From NCBI GenBank assembly GCA_951406725.2, contig OX597814.1:222766001-222830000 (forward strand): a stretch of 64,000 nucleotides of DNA, in the 5' to 3' direction. Within the stretch, counting starts at the first letter, position 1. Each line of letters starts with the position of its first letter. Below the pieces are notes generated by a model, which was given only the letters and a program-made list of their open reading frames with translations, had not been told where the DNA came from and made no database searches. Positions 57,185 through 64,000 of the stretch are shown piece after piece. The stretch comes from Octopus vulgaris. Taxonomy: Eukaryota. The position numbers and the translations under genes were made by a program.

Positions 57185-57186
<2 letters not shown>
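56633..57186 (+). mobile_element. Non-autonomous Helitron-like element, copy 2
   Basis: Starts a|TCTATTATATAAAA (Helitron-type 5' TC); both ends are homologous to 43470-43851 but the middle differs. Confidence 0.7.
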
Positions 57187-57251
<65 letters not shown>

Positions 57252-57283
57252 CTTTGTTACTCATTTATATTATATATATAAAA

Positions 57284-57450
57284 CTCGACTCCGTTGGTCA
57301 CGAATAACCTTGGGTGCACCTAAGAGGTTCCCTTCCGGGGTACAAACATGCGCGGAAAGTAGCCACCCCGGCGAACGAACAACCTAGGTTTGTTTTTTTA
57401 TGGAAGACCAGCAGTTACCCGTGCATACCAGCCTCTCCTCTCCACACCAC
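57284..57450 (-). mobile_element. SINE 3' tail fragment (same family as 9886-10177)
   Basis: GGTCA..ACC.TGGG..ACCTA..TATGGAAGACCAGCAGT..CATACC.GCCTC collinear with 9905-10020. Confidence 0.7.
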
Positions 57451-57579
57451 CTCCTCTGCCGATTTGTTTGACTGGAAACAGCTGTAAGACATTCTGTCTA
57501 TAAATGCTCTAATATCTCCACAGCCTTGGTTTTTTATCTCATTACGCAAAACAAATTTATATATATATATATACACATG

Positions 57580-57646
<67 letters not shown>

Positions 57647-57714
57647 TATAAATATATGTATAAACATATATTTGTATACATATAATACATACACACATAC
57701 ATACATACATACAT

Positions 57715-57751
<37 letters not shown>

Positions 57752-58971
57752 TACATACACATACATACATACATACATACACGAACCCTGCTAGTAAATG
57801 GTGTACATCGCTTTTCACTTATCGTGATATCAACAATTACTTTAATAAATAAATATATAAATATGAGACGTATGTGGTGGAGAAGGGCCAAGAGAGATAG
57901 TTGTGTATGACCATTTTTGCACTTATAAATATTGCACTGGTATGAATAATACGCTGTGAAAACAGCAGTGTACAGATTTCTACGTATCCATTTGTTTCTT
58001 ATATATATGTTCTTTCTCCAGAGATTACATTAGCCTATAAGAGCGAAAGACTTGTATCATCTGTTTCGTATAATTTTTTTTCTATCTTTTTCACTATATA
58101 TTTTGATTTACCTTTACTAAACTTTTGTCGTTTATTTCTCCTTTTTGTTCGTTGATTTTTCAGTTTATTCACTTTCTTGTTTTTGTACATTTTCGTGTCC
58201 TACTTCAGTCTGTTTATGAAAAACATTGATCTACGAAACAACTAACAGTTTGAACTCCACGTGGTCACCTGAAACGCTAGTATTAATAGCTAGAATTTAA
58301 ATTACAATTTACTACACTAACATGGAAAGACAGTTTTATTAGACAATCGAGTACTTTTACCAGAGATGCGTTCGGTGAAGGCTAAGCTCCAACTAAACAA
58401 CAATCATTTTTGCTTTAATTCCACCAGTTTTATAGATTCTGCATTTGTAAACAACAATAGCAATAAAGTGACTAGCTACCATTACCATTTCAACTGGTAG
58501 AAGGTGTAGTAACCTGAGTGTTTTGAACACTGCCGCCAGTTTCTGACCTCTCTGAATAGCTGCAGTTTCCGCGTCCAACTATTTATCATATGTGTCTCGT
58601 TTCCGCTGTCCTAAATTTATTCTTCCGTCCAGTTTACATCCCGCTTTCTCCAAATATCTCATGTTTCGTAGCACTTTATTGTCCACTACACCAGTCTACA
58701 TTTTTTTTTAAATTTCATATACTCTTATATTTTGTAATTTATCAGAGAGATAAGCTATAAAGCACTTACTAGATATTTCTGTACTATATAATGTCTAACG
58801 AACTGGGTTATTTTTCAATTAGTACAGGGCATTTTAGTGGCAATTTAAAAAAATAGGGTCTCTAGCAGGGTCAGATACCATTAGAAAAGACTGGAGTTTT
58901 ATATCGGGGTTAAAATGCAAAACCTATAATGAAATAGTAAAACATAATGAAATAGTAATATATCCTAACAT

Positions 58972-59002
<31 letters not shown>

Positions 59003-62000
59003 TTCTCTCTCTCATCCCTATTCACGACACCTGTTGACCATATATTGATAGAAAAAGAATCTCAGACGAATGCAGCCTATAGGACGATCTCTAGCAAGCG
59101 ACCTGCTATGATGTTTAAAGGGGTTAAACAGTTTAGATATGATTTTTCTAATGGAGTTCTAGAGAACGACTCACAGCGGAAGTAAGGAAACTGACGAAGT
59201 GTACATTGTTTGGTGATTATGCTGATGCTACTTCGTAAACGAATGTAAAATGTTTTTAAATTTTCTTTATAGTATGAACCTGCTACAATAATTCTGGATG
59301 CGAGGAAGATGGAAATAGTGGGAATTTTGATTTCTAAATCCATTGATCTGGTAATCCCGTAGAGTTCTGTGTCGTACAAACTCTGCAACTATACCGTGTC
59401 TTTCGTGAATCTGCTTCGAGCTTCAATAGTGCTCACTATCTTTCATATCAAGTTTCAAGTTTTGTAACTGAAGTGATCTTTAAATGTCAATACAACGGGT
59501 TGCAAATAATACGTTTTAAATTTGCTGTGCAAAATACCCTTAGTTGGAGTAAGGTTGATACATGTAACCAACAACTAATGGATGACAAAACAATCTTTAT
59601 ATTAGATGTTATTCATGTACAGAACAATTTTATCTTATAAACAATCTTGCCACTTGATATTATATAAAATTTAGTCAAAATTTCAAATGGTAGTATCTCA
59701 AGAGATTAAAATTCAGTGGGAACAATACATTCACAGTGGTAAACAATAGGACACTTACGGCTTCTAATAAATCCACGAAGAGCTTGTCCAATACATTTGG
59801 TGCTCCTCTAAAATATACAAGAGCAGTACACATACTTATACATAGAGCAGATAATTAATATAAAATTCGCTCATCAGTATTGCCTTTTGATGAAGTTTAA
59901 TATTTCAAGTGTCAATTTAACATGTGTCCGTAATGTGCCACGGTTTCTATTTATAAATTCAAGTGCCTTGGTGTCCATTGCAATAGAAGAAACTGTTACA
60001 TGATTCTGGAAAGGGATTGCTTAATCTATTATGGTAAGCTAACTAGAGTAAAACATCATTTGTTGAAATGAATAAAAGTGGAAAGATTATATTCATTAAT
60101 GTGTCGCTAGATTCTACCAATGTACATTCACTGAAACCAAGTAAAATGGAGAATCTGCGAGACTCGCCAAGTTAGGTATTCCAGGAGCTACATGGGTCCA
60201 CTCAGAATAAGACAATATATTTTCGTGAAGGTAAAAAATTACCATCAAAATGGAAATAGAAATGGTTATAAAGAAATCAGAATTTGTATAAAGAAAAAAA
60301 GATACACAAAACTTGAAAAACAAAACCATTCTCGTAAGGTCTCTGATGCCTACATTTAGCTTATACCAACATACATTATACGCGTCTGTATAAACATACA
60401 CACACATATGCCTGTATTGTTATAATCCCACTAATCGTGTATACATATATCTGTGTATATGGGAAACTTCTTCAGATACATAAACATATAAACATCTCTC
60501 TGTGGTTCATCCAGTTGTATAGTATCGCCAGATGAAATGAACCAATGATGATCAACCGGATACCCACGGATACTACGGACTCTGATGTCAAAGTCATGTG
60601 ATAAGGAGAGATAGATAGAGGGAGGGAAAGGGCGAGAGAAAGAGAGAGATGTAGTGACAAAACATAGAAGTACTCTTGTTCATAACGTTTGATTTAAACA
60701 TGTAGTACACACTTATACAGAGATGTATATATATGAATGCGTTTCTATAGAGTGAGGAAGGTAATTTGTGTGGATAAAATAGATAAAGAGATTTCTTCGT
60801 ATTCATCCATCAGACATGAAGCTAAACGCACATACACGTACATGTATTGGTTTGCGTATATACATATGTATATATGTATGAGTTGTGTGTGTGTGTGTGC
60901 GCGTGTGTGTGTGTGTGTGTGATGGCAGCGAACATGTATTTGAATATATGACTATATTCCCTTATTTTCTTTCCATTTTAATTATTTTTATTTACTTTCG
61001 TTCATTCGGCTTATCAAAATGTATATCCATGTATCTATTTTCTTTTCCTTTTTCGGGGGAAGATAATTCGATAAAATTATTTATTTCCCTCTACCTCCTT
61101 TCCTCTCACCCTCTCTGACTGTTTGTTTGTCTGTCTCCCTCTCTCTTTGTCTCTCTCTTTCTCTTTGTCTCTGTCTTTCTCACTCTCACACTCACACACA
61201 CTTGCACATATTTTCTAAATCTCACCCATTTGCTCTTTACTACTGTGAGCCATGAAAACCTACATATATTCATATATACATATACAAGCATATACACACG
61301 CACTTACACAGACATATATATATTTATATAAGCCTACTTAAAATATTTTATTTACACACACACACACACACTTATATGCATATCTGTGTATGTATCCATG
61401 CATGCATTTATATATAGTTATATACTGTTATACAAACGTGTTGCTTTTATCTATTCATTTCTGTTCACTTTTGTATGACTGTTTTATGAATAATTTTTTT
61501 TCTATCTACATCGCTTGACTCAAATCGATTTTCATATATTTTACTGGGATTTTTTTTCGATCATGTTATATACTACAAAAATAATATTTGTTTCTTTTCC
61601 CCCTTTTTCTTTGTGCTGTGCGCACTTATTAGATTAATAAACCTTTGTGCATAAGCCTAAAAAAAAAAAATATATATATATAAGGATTCTGTCTGAAAAT
61701 GAATTTGAAGGTGAAACATCCGACTAGAAATTAGAGAAAATTTTGTTTTTGTTGGGGACCCAGTGTATGGAGTTGAGGAATAAAAATACGCGTCTGTATA
61801 TTTAAATAAGTATCTCTATTCAGAAGAGTAACCCACTTAGTACAAAAAAATCGAAATGTAGCTTATTTTTGCGTATGAATTTTATTATTTGTATTGTTTT
61901 TTTGTTTTATTTTTTGTGTGTGTGTGTGATAATGTTAGTTATATGAAATTCAATTTCCCGTTTGGTTTTTGAAGAATCTTGTATTTCATCGGGATTTCTC

Positions 62001-62004
62001 ACGC

Positions 62005-62325
62005 TTTATCTTTTATCCTTTATCTCATTCTTGTTTCACTCGTTAGACTGCGGCCATGCTGGGGCACCGCCTTGGCGAAATTTTAGTGGAATGAATCGAC
62101 CCCAGTAGATTCTCTTTTCTCTTTTACTTGTTTCAGTCATTTGACTGCGGCCATGCTGGAGCACCGCTTCTAGTCGAGCAAATCTACCCCGGGACTTATT
62201 CTTTGTAAGCCCAGCACTTATTCTATCGGTCTCTTTTGCCGAACCGCTAATTGACGGGGACGTAAACATACCAGCATCGGTTGTTAAGCAATGCTAGAGG
62301 GACAAACACAGACACACAAACACAT

Positions 62326-62412
<87 letters not shown>

Positions 62413-62512
62413 TACGATGGGCTTCTTTCAGTTTCCGTCTACCAAATCCACTCACAAGGCTTTGGTCGGCTCGAGGCTATAGCAGAAGACACTTGCCCAA
62501 GATGCCACACAG
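62005..62512 (-). mobile_element. SINE family A with a second (older) 3' tail at 62005-62107; 5' head missing
   Basis: GACTGCGGCCATGCTGG occurs twice; the body matches 10515-10853. Confidence 0.93.
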
Positions 62513-62760
62513 AGTTCGAATCTCAGACCTGGCGATGTGTGTGTTTATGAACAAAACACCTAAGCTCCACGCGGCTCCGGCAGAAGGTAAAGACGAACTT
62601 CTACTGACTCTTTCGCCACAACTTTCTCTCTCTCTTTCCTCCTGCATCTTGCAGCTCACCTGCGACGGACCGGCGTCCCGTCCAGGTGGGGAACCTATAC
62701 GCCAAGGAAACCGGCAAACCGGCCCTTATGAGCCAGGCGTGGCTCGAGAAGGAACAAACA
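62512..62760 (+). mobile_element. tRNA-derived SINE family D, starting at the B box
   Basis: GAGTTCGAATC B box; 3' block CCTGCGACGGACCGGCGTCCCGTCCAG shared with family C; ends GGAACAAACAA. Confidence 0.8.
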
Positions 62761-63253
62761 ATTTACACATATAGTAACACACGTAGAAGCACACACAAAC
62801 ACAAGCACATATAAACAAATATGGGATTGAGAGCCAATGGGTGATTTCGATCCAAATTTTTCCCTATGATTCTTGATCAAATACTGTTTTTAAACCAGAA
62901 ATTGTATAGTATACACCTTAATTCATTATGAATGTGCATACAGATCAAACAACAAGTATTGGTGCATTCCTGCGTAAAGCTTTTACAAAAAATGAACAAC
63001 TCTATATTGTACCAGTATTTGTAGCGATCATTTACGATCTGCTAATCTTTTGATCTCTGTATGACTCTCTTCAATATGGTGCACTTAATCATTATCACGA
63101 GTTGAAGGAATTTCGATCATCGTAGCACATGCGGCTATATGCATGTAGCAAGAGTATTTACATCAGCAACACACGGCTATAATCATACATAAATGGATAT
63201 ATACATATCTACGTAAGCATACATGTGTGAATGTGTACGTATAATGTGTGTGC

Positions 63254-63303
<50 letters not shown>

Positions 63304-63346
63304 ATGTATGCATGTATGTATGTATGTGTGTATGTATGTATGTATG

Positions 63347-63377
<31 letters not shown>

Positions 63378-63545
63378 GTAAGTATATGTATGTATGTATG
63401 ATTGTATGTAGAGAGTGAGATAGAAATGCCTGCAAAAATACTTCATTCCATTCATATATATATCTTACATACACGCATGCATACATACGTACGTATATAC
63501 ATACATGTATACATACATACATACATACATACATACATACATACA

Positions 63546-63577
<32 letters not shown>

Positions 63578-63898
63578 CATTGTTTCAGTTCTCTGCTGTT
63601 GGGATTATAAAGCCTTTTAAGGTGGCACTTGACATCATCTCCATCAGATCATACGTTTACCATCTACAAAGCTCTATCCCACAAACCTCATTATGAAAAG
63701 TAAAAAAAAAATACCGAAGCACATTCGCTGGAAAGCTTTGTCCAGCAAATAAGTCCCTAATGGACTCCGAATTGAAAACAACGCCATTGTAGTTTTCATA
63801 TCAAATGTCATGAACATTTGCAATTATAAACGTAGATTATATGGATATATGAAACACCAAGGAATGGTGTAATCAACAATTTACTGTTTAATAATAAA

Positions 63899-63932
<34 letters not shown>

Positions 63933-63934
<2 letters not shown>

Positions 63935-64000
63935 GGCTTCTTTCAGTTTTCGTCTTCTAAATAACCTCAGAATGTTTTATTCGGCCTGGAGATACAGAAA
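63933..64000 (-). mobile_element. SINE family A fragment running off the window
   Basis: CGGGCTTCTTTCAGTTTTCGTCT. Confidence 0.7.

Noticed and set aside
57265-57388. Mini-Helitron (TATATAAAA...CTAG)
   Set aside because: Better explained as the 3' tail of the SINE seen at 9886-10020.

Overview
AT-rich, microsatellite-saturated eukaryotic non-coding DNA. The repeat families and composition strongly suggest an octopus (coleoid cephalopod) intron or intergenic region; this is inference from remembered repeat families, not a database hit. No intact host protein-coding gene is recognisable, and nearly all listed ORFs are translations of simple repeats. Content: (i) about 25 copies of at least five tRNA-derived SINE families, labelled A-E here for convenience; (ii) a Penelope-like (PLE) RT-tail/GIY-YIG remnant at 54.4-55.2 kb; (iii) a fresh L1/Tx1-type ORF2 zinc-knuckle fragment inside a ~395-bp duplication; (iv) two Helitron-like non-autonomous copies; (v) a MITE whose inverted repeats carry octamer and CCAAT motifs. 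The most notable signal is a set of type-I hammerhead ribozyme (HHR) motifs. Four lie in a 0.9-kb cluster (36.8-37.7 kb) as two inverted pairs: one pair forms a ~327-bp hairpin, the other belongs to a 435-bp ORF-less tandem unit. A tRNA-headed SINE also ends in a hammerhead-like tail, and several dead HHR remnants sit in or near (TA)n tracts. A 24-nt microexon candidate and fold-back duplications centred on microsatellites are also noted.
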